A stretch of DNA of 64,000 nt from Heteronotia binoei (lineage: Eukaryota): assembly GCF_032191835.1 (NCBI RefSeq), contig NC_083229.1, positions 13,950,001-14,014,000 of the forward strand, in the 5' to 3' direction. Positions 24,756-35,454 of this stretch are shown piece after piece (positions within the stretch are counted from its first letter, which is position 1; the number at the start of each line of letters is the position of its first letter). The notes under the pieces were generated by a model that saw only the letters and a program-made list of their open reading frames with translations, did not search any database and was not told where the DNA came from. A program made the translations under genes and the position numbers.

Positions 24756-25649
24756 GTGGGGAATGGAACTGTCATCTACCTTTTCGGTTTCCAGATTAAA
24801 AGGAGCCCTTTCACGACGTACCTCCTGAACTTGGCTTTTGCTGACTTTGGACTCCTCCTGTTTTTGGATCTATCTTTTATTTTATTCCTAACACCTTTAA
24901 AGATTTAAAAAAAAAAAAAAAAAAACCTTTCATGGTTGCCCTATTCATGTATACTGCTAGTCAACTTTTATTGACCTCCGTCAGCATTCAGAGGTGCGTG
25001 TCGGTCCTCTTCCCCATCTGGTATCGATGCCGCCGGCCGCAATGCCAGTCCACCGCTGCGTGTGCCCTAATATGGGTTCTCTCCTTATTGCCCTTTGCAA
25101 GTCTATTATTTCTCAAACATTTCAGACTCCGTCGGACAGTCCTGACAATTTTCTGTCTGTTTATCGCAGCTGCTATTCTTTGCCTCTCTCTTGTCACCGC
25201 CTCCACCCTGATTCTGTTGTTCAAAGTCTTCTGTAAATCCCAGCAACCTCGGAGAGGAAGAATTTTAACCATCATCTTACTCACTCTCCTTTTCTACCTA
25301 ATCTGTGCTTTCCCCTCAAATGTTATTTTGTCATTCAGATTTTTTTTTTTTAATTTGGAAAATGACGGTCTAACGTTTTATGGCTTCTTATGCGCCTGTC
25401 TGAATAGCTGTGTCAACCCAGTGATCTATTTCGCAGTTGGGAGAAAGAAGAGGGGTCAAAAAAGGCAGAGCCTAAAGGTCATACTCCAAAGGGCTTTTGA
25501 GGAAAAGGAAGAGCACAGAGAGGATTGGGGCACCCCAGCTCAGACATCAGTATGACACCTTCACAATAGTCAAATGTTTCCTGCTTTTCCAATCAAGTGG
25601 TAGATATGAAGATTTTTACACCTACTTTTGGGTTTCGGTAAGGTTACAA

Positions 25650-26380
25650 GGAGCCCCATGGCGCAGAGTGGTAAAGCTGCAGTACTGCAGTCGGAGCCCT
25701 CTGCTTACGACCTGAGTTTGATCCCAGCAGAAGCTGGTTCAGGTAGCTGGCTCCAGGTTGACTCAGCCTTCCATCCTTCTGAGGTCGGTAAAATGAGTAC
25801 CCAGCTTGCTGGAGGGAAAGTGTAGATGACTGGGGAAAGCAATGGCAAACCACCCTTTACCTTTAAGAGCCTTGTGGCGCAGAGTGGGAAAGCTGCAGTA
25901 CTGCAGTCCGAACTCTCTGCTCACGATCTGAGTTCGATCCTGGCGGAAGCTGGGTTCAGGTAACCGGCTCAAGGTTGACTCAGCCTTCCATCGTTCCGAG
26001 GTTGGTAAAATGAGTACCCAGCTTGCTGGAGGGAAAGTGTAAATGACTGGGGAAAGCAATGGCAAACCACCCTTTACCTTTAAAAGCCCCATGGCGCAGA
26101 GTGGGAAAGCTGCAGTACTGCAGTCCGAACTCTCTGCTCACGAACTGAGTTTGATCCTGGCGGAAGCTGGGTCCAGGTAGCCGGCTCCAGGTTGACTCAG
26201 CCTTCCATCGTCCCGAGGTTGATAAAATAAGTACCCAGCTTGCTGGAGGGAAAGTGTAGATGACTGGGGAAAACAATGGCAAACCACCCTGTAAAAATGT
26301 CTGCCATGGAAATGCCGTGATGTGACGTCATCCCAGAGTCAAAAACGACTGGTTCTTGCACAGAGACTACCTTTAACTTT
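25650..26380 (+). mobile_element. Head-to-tail Sauria SINE trimer
   Basis: Units start ~25651, 25867 and 26084; one TSD AAG(G/C)TTACAA (25640-25649 and 26381-26390) flanks all three. Confidence 0.88.
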
Positions 26381-26654
26381 AAGCTTACAAAATGTTTCTG
26401 ATCTATGAATTGACCCCTTCTTGCTTTTCATGATCGATAACAATGTGATCCAGGCTATGTGGGTAGAATGTTATCCCAAGACCTCCTGCCTGCTGGGAGC
26501 CATGAACTCCAGAGTTTCTTTCATTCACTGGGCCTTTTCCAACCATATGTAGAATGAGGAATGAGGATCTGTCATGTATAAATCCAGTAAATAATGGTCA
26601 GTACAATTTTGTCCCAGATTAGCCCGGTGAAAACTTCTATCTTTGAATAAAATG

Positions 26655-26930
26655 AAGAAGAAGATATTGGATTTATATCCCGCCCTCCACTCCAAAGAGT
26701 CTCAGAGCAGCTCACAATCTCCTTTACCTTCCTCCCCACCACAACAGACACCCTGTGAGGTGGGTGGGGCTGGAGAGAGCTCTCACAGCAGCTGCCCTTT
26801 CAAGGACAACCTTTGCCAGAGCTATGGCTTACCCAAGGCCATTCCAGCGATGCAAGTGGAGGAGTGGGGAATCAAACCCGGTTCTCCCAGATAAGAGTCC
26901 GCACACTTAACCACTACACCAAACTGGCTC
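26655..26930 (-). mobile_element. tRNA-derived SINE (Squam3-like)
   Basis: rc of GAGAGCCAGTTTGGTGTAGTGGTTAAGTG..GGTTTGATTCCCC..GGGCGGGATATAAATCCAATATCTTCTTC. Other copies at ~29278-29540, 31226-31500, 32845-33600, 33725-33980 and 56345-56625. Confidence 0.85.
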
Positions 26931-27590
26931 TCTAGTTTGAAATGGATTTCAGACTCTGATTCTGGAGTTTGCCTACGGTTGTCAGTCCCCCTCAGCCTCT
27001 GGCGGGGAACTTGTTTCACACGTGCTTTGTGTGCACAGTGTGATGATGTCACCTGCAAGTGATGTCATTGTTCCAGTGACATGCACGCTAGTCGCTCTAG
27101 GCGTTTCCATGAAAACTCTATGGTTTTCCCAGGCACTCTAGCATTTTGGAAGGGAAAGCTCTATGGTACCTATTGTACCATAGAGTTTTCCTTCCCAAAT
27201 TGCTAGAGCATCTAGGAAAACCATAGAGTTTGCCCAGAAATGCCTAGAGCGGCCAGCGTGTGATGTCACTAGCGCGATGATGTCGCTCATGGGTGACATC
27301 ATCATGCTGGCAACATCGGGGGAGGTTAGGGCTTTGCAGTCCTAAGTTTGCTATCAGAAATTGTGGCTGGATTTTCCCATCAGAAATTGTCCTCCAGAAA
27401 CTCTATGGTTCTACTTAGACCTTGCCATTTTCCTAGAGTTGCCCACTGTCACCTCTTGGTTGTACCTGGAAGTGATGTGGTAATATTAGTTACATCAAGT
27501 GCCCTCCTTCTATTGCCCCTCAGTGCTTCCTCTGGTTGCCAGGCTCAGTCTAGTGGGAATGCTTACATCAAGGTCATTGGTAAAGACGAA

Positions 27591-27854
27591 GACTGATTTC
27601 CCACTCACCTTACACCGCTCTGACACTCCTCCTCTCAGCGGAGCTTCCCTCCAATTTCACACTATCTGCTCCAGGGCTGCAACTGGTGTTGGCTTTTTCG
27701 TGCAGCAAACAGAAACTGGTTTTTAGAGGTCTCTATTTGCTGTGCAAAACAGCCAATACTAGTTGCAGCCCCGGGGCAGATAGCATGAAATCGGAGGGAA
27801 GCCCTGCTGAGAAGAGAAGTCTCAGAGCGGCGTAAGGCGAGTGGGAAACTGGTC
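27591..27854. mobile_element. Palindromic MITE (GACCGATTTC-type TIR)
   Basis: Arms ~27598-27720 and ~27750-27850 are reverse complements; related to the hosts at 49736-52844 and 52911-53980. Confidence 0.7.
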
Positions 27855-28055
27855 AAATATTTTGGTGTGATGCCTAAAAATCTGTCTAGTTTGCGCCAAG
27901 TGATCCACAGGTGTTTGAAAAGTGAGGCAGTGCCAACAATCCCCGTCTCTGTTGGTTGCCATGCATGACCAAGCAACCACCCTGCCTCTTTTGTTTGCAA
28001 GTAGACAGCTCTTCATTTGTTAAGGTTGTTCCCATATAAAAGAAAGAGTCTGGCT

Positions 28056-28090
<35 letters not shown>

Positions 28091-28294
28091 TTTTGCATGC
28101 AATGGTTGCAGTCATTTACAGTGTTGCCACCTCAAACTGTAAAAGTCCAATAGGAAAGAAAAATAAAATGAACTTAAACTTACTTTAAGGTATCTCTCTG
28201 TGAATTTAGCATCTGTCTCTTTTTGTATTAGTTTCCCGTTCTGTTTACTGGCAGTAGTGAAGTAGATCTCTGAATCCCCTTTGACTAATAAGCA

Positions 28295-28786
28295 TATGGA
28301 CCAGAGGTCCATCAGTGGCTATTAGCCACAGAATATTGTCGCAGCTCTCTTTCTGGGGCTGTGATGTTCTGTATTTTTTGGTGCTTGGGGGGGCACAGTG
28401 GGAGGGCTTCTAGTGTCCTGGCCCCACTGGTGGACCTCCTGATAGCACCTGGGGTTTTTGGCCACTGTGTGATGCAGAGTGTTGGACTGGATGGGCCATT
28501 GGCCTGAACCAACATGGCTTCTCTTATGTTCTTATGTGACACAGAGTGTTGGACTGGATGGGCCTTTGGCCTGATCCAACATGGCTTCTCTTATGTGACA
28601 CAGAGTGTTGGACTGGATGGGCCTTTGGCCTGATCCAACATGGCTTCTCTTATATGATACAGAGTGTTGGACTGGATGGGCCTTTGGCCTGATCCAACAC
28701 GGCTTCTCTTATGTGACACAGAGTGTTGGACTGGATGGGCCATTGGCCTGATCCAACATGGCTTCTCTAATGTTTTTATGTTCTTA
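28295..28786 (+). mobile_element. CR1 3' UTR fragment ending in five tandem copies of its terminal 59 bp
   Basis: Unit TGACACAGAGTGTTGGACTGGATGGGCC..CTTCTCTTATG starts at 28470, 28537, 28596, 28655 and 28714. Confidence 0.85.
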
Positions 28787-29560
28787 ATTAGTACTATTAA
28801 ACCATGACACTAGAAATATTGCCTAATGCTTCAAATAGTGTAACCGTGGCAATTTTTGAAATAACTAAAAAAAAGGAGTGTGGTGACCGCCTTGCTGAGC
28901 TGGTCATCTCTCAGTTTGTTCAAATGCAGAGGAAAAAAAACCAACTACTTCTTTTGTCTTTTTGAGTCTCTCTGTGTATAAGCAGGGCTTTGTTGTAGAA
29001 AAAGCCCAGCAGGAACTTATTTGCATATTAGACCACACCCCCTGATGGCAAGCTGGCTGGAACTGCGTTTCTTGGCATTCCTGCTCAAAAAAAGCCCTGT
29101 TTAAGTGTGCTGCTTCCTTACATAACTACAGTGGTTTACAGAGTTGGCATCTCAAACTTTAAAAGTCCAAAAGGAAGAAAAAGGCACATGGATTGAAACT
29201 TAATTCTATCACTGTGTGCCTTTTCTGTCTCCTCACTATGAATCAGCTCCTCCTTCCAGTTTGGTGCAGTGGTTAAGTGCGTGGACTCATCTGGGAGAAC
29301 CAGGTTTGATTCCCCACTCCTCCATTTGCAGCTGCTGGCATAGCCTTGAGTGAGCCATAGCTCTGGCAGAGGTTGTCCTTGAAAGGGCAGCTGCTGGGAG
29401 AGCCCTCTCAGCCCCACCCTCCTCGCAGGGTGTCTGTTGTGGAGGAGGAAGATAGAAGAGATTGTGAGCCGCTCTGAGACTCTGGGATTCAGGGTGGAGG
29501 GCGGGATATAAATCCAATATCATCATCTTCTTCTTCCATTTGCTGACATTGGTTAACTAT

Positions 29561-29856
29561 GGGTGTTTTTGCACAGGGCTTACCCAGGAGTGACGTCCCT
29601 CTTCACCACGCAGCGTCTGCGTGGATTTCGCACCAACTGCTTCGCAGAACCCAGAAGAGCCGTGAAGAGCCGCAAAGAGCCGCGGCTTTTGCGTCGCAAA
29701 TGTAAAGTTGGCTTTTGCCGAAACCATTTGTGACGGAAAAGCCGCAGCACTTTGCGGCTTTTCAGGGTTCTGCGGAGCAGTTGGTGCAAAATCCGCGCAG
29801 ACACTGTGTGGTGAAGAAGGACATCACTCCGGGGTAAGCCCTGTGCGAAAACGCCC
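29561..29856. mobile_element. Near-perfect palindromic MITE (296 bp, PIF/Harbinger-like)
   Basis: GGGTGTTTTTGCACAGGGCTTACC..GGTAAGCCCTGTGCGAAAACGCCC, self-complementary almost to the centre; 3-bp TSD TAT. Confidence 0.8.
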
Positions 29857-30606
29857 TATATCTCCGAATTTTATTAATTCTACACTTTGATCCCATTGGT
29901 ACTATTCAGCCATGACAAAAGAAATATTGCCTAACAGTTCCAAAATAATACAGTGGGGGCAATTTTGAAAGGAAATAAACCAATGAAATCGAGGTTGCCA
30001 TAGTATGCAGTTCAGAGGTTGAGAAATGCACTGACAAGAAATCAAAGTTGATTGTCTTGGCCTTGTAGAATAAGCGCACAGGCCTTCATTCATTGCATGG
30101 GCATTGATTCATTGATGATTTTTAACCCCCTTCCCCAGCTAAGACTCAAACATCATCATTCCCCCCTCCCCATTGTCCCACAACAAAACCCCTGGTCTGG
30201 CATTATGGGATGGCCCAAGTCACCCAGTGAGCTTTCATGGGAGAATTTATGCTTATTACATTATAATGCCATAGCTGTCTATATTTATCTGAATGTATTG
30301 CCATGCTGTAAATGTAACAAACCCTAAAAGAAAACTGGGCACATCAAAGTAGAAAGCCAGCTGGCGCCTCCCCCCCTTCCCGCGCCTCTTTCGCTTTTAC
30401 TAACAAATGCAGGAATGCGCCCTTTGAAGATAGAGCCTCCAGGGATATTTTCTCAGGCCTAGCCTGGACCCAGGAAGAGTAACCACAGAGAGATAAGAAA
30501 GAGTACTGTGTGACGTTTCACACGTGAATACAAGACTGTTTAGCAATTAGGGTTTGTAGAATCTTTCGGGCTCAAGTGCCGTGTTCTACTGGAGAAAGTT
30601 TTCCTT

Positions 30607-30647
30607 CCAGACGTTTCGTTCTCAGCTGCGGAGAGCGTCCTCAGTGG
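30607..30647 (-). ncRNA. Minimal hammerhead ribozyme core (- strand)
   Basis: rc reads CCA-CTGAGGA-c-GCTCTC-cgcagct-GAGAAC-GAAAC-GTC-TGG; GUC triplet; one stem II mismatch. Confidence 0.72.
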
Positions 30648-30715
30648 CGTTGCAGCCGGAGCAGGCGCTCTGACCTTCTTGGCTGCTGTGCATTGAGCCT
30701 GCTCCGGCTGCAACG

Positions 30716-30756
30716 CCACTGAGGATGTTCTCCGCAGCTGAGAACGAAACGTTTGG
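30716..30756 (+). ncRNA. Minimal hammerhead ribozyme core (+ strand)
   Basis: CCA-CTGAGGA-t-GTTCTC-cgcagct-GAGAAC-GAAAC-GTT-TGG: CUGANGA and GAAA boxes, 6-bp stem II, palindromic ACGU stem III, 3-bp stem I, GUU triplet. Confidence 0.78.
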
Positions 30757-31506
30757 AAGAAAAACTTTCTCCGGTAGAACACGGCACTTGAGCCCGAAAG
30801 ATTCTACAAACCCTAATGATGACGCCAGCCGTGAAAACCTGAAATCTTTGTTTAGCAATTGTAGCTTTGTTTATAGAACCTTTGATGTGCATCTTTAAAA
30901 TATGCATTCTGCTGTTACTCTGTATCAGTTCCAATTCTTGGCTCAATAGAAGCACATGGATTATCAATAAACCTATACTTTGTTTCAACTCAAGGACTGG
31001 TTACTTGAGATCCGCTTGCTTGACACATTTGCAGGCTGGAACCTGTTGAAGACCCTGCTTAGACGACTGAAGCTGTTGTGGTGGAGTATTGGGCGGGGGG
31101 AGATGATCTGACAGATGTGAGGGTCCAAGGCCACAAAAGGTTGTATATCAGATACCCAGTACTTTAAGTTGAGGCCAGGAAGTGATGGGCAGCCAGTGGA
31201 GTGACTGCAGAATGGGAGTAATAAGCCAGTTTGCTGTAGCGGTTAAGTGTGCGGACTCTTATCTGGAAGAACCGGGTTTGATTCCCCACTCCTCCACTTG
31301 CACCTGCTGGAATGGCCTTGGGTCAGCCATAGCTCTTGCAGGAGTTGTCCTTGAAAGGGAAGCTGCTGTGAGAGTCCTCTCAGCCCCACCTACCTCACAG
31401 GGTGTCTGTTGTGTGGGGAAAAGATATTATAGGAGATTGTAAGCCGCTCTGAGTCTCTGATTCAGAGAGAAGGGCGGGGTATAAATCTGCAATTCTTCTT
31501 CCTCCA

Positions 31507-31816
31507 TGTTATGTATGTGGACTCAAGAGAAGACTTTGAGTGTTCCTGCCTAGCTCATTGGAGCCATACCGACTGAGCTTGGGTACTTGGGAACAACGGG
31601 CTGCAGGATCCAAATCTCTGCAGCCCTGAACCAATCACAAACCCTCACTGGTTTGAATGACACAATATTGTGCTTGTGCGGGAACCCAGAGATGTATATA
31701 AGTTTGGCCAGTGGGCCCAATTAGTAGTTTTGTAGTGTAGCCATCAACTATGCTACTCATAATAAAGTTATCAGTGTTCCTGAAATTCATCAATACATAG
31801 AACCCACTACACAATA
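31507..31816 (+). mobile_element. Solo LTR candidate (310 bp)
   Basis: TGTT start, ACAATA end (probably from ACAACA); 5-bp TSD CTCCA; internal CCAAT, TATATAAG and AATAAA in LTR order. Confidence 0.6.
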
Positions 31817-31854
31817 CTCCATCTTGTTGTTTTAGCAACCTAAGCTGATCAGAA

Positions 31855-32340
31855 TCATAAGAATATCAGAGAAGCCATGTTGGATCAAGCCAATGGCCCA
31901 TCCATTCCAACACTCTGAATCACACAGTGGCCAAAAAAACCCAGGTGCCATCAGGAGGTCCACCAGTGGGGCCAGAACACTAGAAGCTCTCTCATTGTAC
32001 CCCCTGAAGCACTAAGAATACAGAACATCACTGCCCCAGACGTAAGAACATCAGAGAAGCCATGTTGGATCAGGCCAGTGGCCCATCCAGTTCAACACTC
32101 TGTGTCACATAAGAACATAAGAGAAGCCATGTTGGATCAGGCCAGTGGCCCATCCAGTCCAACATTCTGTCACACAGTGACGAAAAAACCAGGTGCCATC
32201 AGGAGGCCCATCAGTGGGGCCAGAACACTAGAAGCCTTCCCACGATTGCCCCCCAAGCACCAAGAATACAGAGCCCCAGACAGATAGTTCTAAGAATATG
32301 CTGTGGCTAATAGCCACTGATGGATGGACCTCTGCTCCAT
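31855..32340 (-). mobile_element. CR1 3' UTR fragments with tandem duplicated ends
   Basis: AAGAACAT(A/C)AGAGAAGCCATGTTGGATCAGGCC repeated at ~31858, 32043 and 32110. Confidence 0.8.
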
Positions 32341-33081
32341 ATGTTGATCCAATCCCCTCTTGAAGCTGTCTATAAAAAAAATCGGTACTCTCTTTTCTTT
32401 CTGCATTTTTATGGATCAAGAAACACCGTGAGCATTCAGTGGAGGGAGAAGCAGAACACATATTGAACATATACAAAAAAGATACATTTTGCCAGGAGCA
32501 CTGGGTGACTCCCAATTGTATCGATCTACGCAGGCACACCCCAGTCAACATCTGAGAACTCTAAAGTTCCCTTGTGTAACTGAATCTTGAAGAAGTAACA
32601 GAAAATATATTAAAATAGATGTTTAACAGTTCCTTGGACGGAGAGATAAGGAAAAGGCTTATCGCACACTGTCAGACTGAAGTGTTGGGCTGGTGTCTGG
32701 TTTGTCTAGAGACTCAGAAAAGAGCAAGTGGAGAGGATTACAGCACCCTCTTCAAGGTCCTGCCAGTAACCTCTCCCTGGCTGCCTTAGTTGGGATCTGT
32801 CCTTTCCTCCCTAGATATCCCTGGGGGAAGCTAGGAGAAGAAGAAGAAGACTGCAGATTTATACCCTGCCCTCCTCCCTGAATCAGAGACCCAGAGCAGC
32901 TTACAATCTCCAGTATCTTCTCCCCCCACAATAGACACCCTGTGAGGTCGGTGAGGCTGAGAGGGCTCTCACAACAGCTGGCATTTCAAGGACAACTCCT
33001 GCCAGAGCTATGGCTAACCCAAGACCATTCCAGCAGCTGCAAGTGGAGGAGTGGGGAATCAAACCCAGTTCTCCCAGATAA

Positions 33082-33155
33082 GAACATAAGAGAAGCCATG
33101 TTGGATCAGGCCAATGGCCCATCCAGTCCAACACTCTGTGTCACATAGTGGCCAA

Positions 33156-33186
<31 letters not shown>

Positions 33187-33570
33187 GTGGCTAATAGCCA
33201 CTGTTGGATCTCTGCTCCATATTTTTATCTAAACCCCTCTTGAAGGTGGCTATGCTTGTGGCCGCCACCACCTCCTGTGGCAGTGAATTCCACATGTTAA
33301 TCACCCTTTGGGTGAAGAAGTACTTCCTTTTATCCGTTTTAACCTGTCTGCTCAGCAATTTCATCGAATGCCCACGAGTTCTTGTATTGTGAGAAAGGGA
33401 GAAAAGTACTTCTTTCTCTGCTTTCTCCATCCCATGCATAATCTTGTAAACCTCTATCATGTCACCCCGCAGTTGACGTTTCTCCAAGCTAAAGAGTCCC
33501 AAGCGTTTCAACCTTTCTTCATAGGGAAAGTGTTCCAGCCCTGTAATCATTCTAGTTGCCCTTTTCTGCA
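33082..33570 (-). mobile_element. 5'-truncated CR1 nested inside a Squam3-like SINE
   Basis: ORF 33191-33571 is the CR1 RT C-terminus; the host SINE resumes at 33571 with a small deletion. Confidence 0.88.
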
Positions 33571-33980
33571 TACTTAACCACTACACCAAACTGGCTCTCG
33601 GTCCCCAGAGCAGCAGTCCCCAATCTTTTTGGCACCGGGGACCAGTTTTGTGGAAGACAATTTTTCCACGGACGCAGTGGGTGGGGATAGTTTCAGGATG
33701 ATACAATTGTGCACTATTTCTAAAGTGTTTGGTGTGGTGGTTAAGTGTGGGGATCTTTATCTGGGAGAACCGGGTTTGATTCCCCACTCCTCCACATGCA
33801 GCTGCTGGAATGGCCTTGGGTCAGCCAAAGCTCTTCTAGGAGTTGTCCTTGAAAGGACAGCTTCTGGGAGAGCTCTCTCAGCCCCACCTACCTCACAGGG
33901 TGTCTGTAGTGGGGGAAGAAGGTCAAGGAGATTGCAAGCCACTCTGAAACTCTGAAATTCGGAGTGAAGGGCAGGATATA

Positions 33981-34126
33981 NNNNNNNNNNNNNNNNNNNN
34001 NNNNNNNNNNNNNNNNNNNNNNNNNNNNNNNNNNNNNNNNNNNNNNNNNNNNNNNNNNNNNNNNNNNNNNNNNNNNNNNNNNNNNNNNNNNNNNNNNNNN
34101 NNNNNNNNNNNNNNNNNNNNNNNNNN
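33981..34126. other. Assembly gap (146 N)
   Basis: N run at a SINE tail. Confidence 0.99.
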
Positions 34127-34436
34127 TGGAAGAACTCTGACCTCACCCCCTCCCCCTATCCTGGGGGATGGGCCCATGGGATTGGCTGTCTCGCTGGTAT
34201 CACCATTCCCCTGACCCAAGGAGGACATCGTAGCCGGTTCTCACGCTTGTTGCCTCGTGTGTCAGCTGCTGGCTGGCCCCAGGGTTCCCCAGTGTCTCTG
34301 GGCATCACGACAAGCTGGAAAGCTGCACCATATTGGGCTTCTGCAATCGACCCCTCCTCCAGGTACTTCCCTTGGCACAGTCTGGATGAAGAGGTCTGAC
34401 GCTGGACGTATATCTATTTGGCAATTATTTCTATAG

Positions 34437-34682
34437 AATTGCCCCTGAGGTTAACATTGCATAGTGAGAAATCAGGAAGTCAGAGTAGAAAGATAACCAC
34501 GCCCCTGATGGGAATCGCCTGCTGCAGGAAATGGAAATAAAAAGCCTGCACATCTTGCTCCTTGTGCGTTGTCCACCCTCGTCTCTGTGCCCTCGAGTTC
34601 TATTTGCAAAGCTTCCTTGAAGGACACCTTGAGAACTTTGACGTCATCTTGAGCTGTTGACCTCGGAGCCATTCCAGAAGAG
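34437..34682 (+). other. Conserved non-coding 5' UTR exon (copy 4)
   Basis: Acceptor ATTTCTATAG| at 34436, donor GAAGAG|GTAAGT at 34682; 246 nt. Confidence 0.7.
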
Positions 34683-34987
34683 GTAAGTTTGAGAGATCCC
34701 TACGACCACTCTTTTGTTTGCCTTAGGGAAAAAATGGCTTCAATTACATGGTCATGTAATATATGAAGCAGAAATTTTATTCACTGAAAAAACTGTTCAT
34801 ATGAGGAGGTGTCAAGGGAAGGAGAAGGGACCGTGGAAGTGGAGTGGCTGACAAGAGACCAGATGGCAGAGTGGACAAGACAACAGAGTCATAAGGAGAA
34901 GAAACAGGGGGGCAGGGATGGGTGGAAAGGCATTATGGAGATCCAGCAAGATCTAGTAGTTAAAAGTGCTGAATTGTGCCATGGAGA

Positions 34988-35454
34988 TAGGGTTGCCAAT
35001 CTCCAGGTGGAGGAAGGGGATCCCCCAGTTTGGAGGCCCTCCCCCTGTTTCAGGGTCATCAGAAACCATGGGGGGGAGGGAAATGTCTGTTGCCACTCCA
35101 TTATTCTCTATGAAGACCGATTTCCATTGGGTATAATGGAGAATAGATCTGTGGGTATCTGGGGCTCTGGGGGGCCCCTGTTTTTTGAAGTAGAGGCACC
35201 AAATTTTCAGCATAGCATTCGGACCATCCAAGTTTCAAAATGATCGGACTAGAGGGTCCAATTGTATGAGTCCCTAAAAAAGTGCCCCTATCCATTATTT
35301 CCAATGGAGGGAAGGCATTTAAATGTGATGGCCAGAACTCTCTTTAGAGTTCAATTATGCTTGTCACAACCTTGCTCCTGGCTCCACCTTCAATGTCTCC
35401 TGGCTCCACCCCCAAAGCCTCCAGATATTTCTTGAATTGGACTTAGCAACCCTA
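34988..35454. mobile_element. hAT-like element (TAGGGTTGCC family) nested in a SINE
   Basis: TAGGGTTGCCAA..TAGCAACCCTA; TSD CATGGAGA/CCTGGAGA (7/8). Confidence 0.82.

Larger units (their letters stand above)
22060..25555 (+). pseudogene. MRGPR-like pseudogene split by a 2.5-kb hAT insertion
   Basis: Acceptor CTCCTGCCAG near 22059. Start ATG lost by a small deletion; ~13-nt deletion frameshift at ~22175; transposon inside GLVGN|G; A19 run with TAA and frameshift at 24906-24925. TM3-TM7 and helix 8 are still open (24932-25555). Confidence 0.93.
30549..30848. mobile_element. Penelope-like (Poseidon-type) pLTR-only insertion with inverted duplicate
   Basis: 121-bp arms 30546-30666 and 30697-30817 (5 transitions); 3' end CAGCCGTGAAAACCTGAAATCT; 12-bp TSD TGTTTAGCAATT (30537-30548 and 30849-30860). 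Confidence 0.8.

Noticed and set aside
1577-34228. ORFs rich in X (1577-1852, 16652-17386, 33757-34228)
   Set aside because: Artefacts of translating N gaps.
34472-34672. Antisense reading of the conserved exon (LKVSFKEALQIELEG) resembling a GPCR helix 8
   Set aside because: No upstream NPxxY or TM7, and the frame is broken at different places in the other copies; sense-strand splice signals explain the conservation better.
34437-34682. Conserved exon as a coding N-terminal exon
   Set aside because: In-frame TGA 11 codons before the donor in all four + copies, with no ATG in between.
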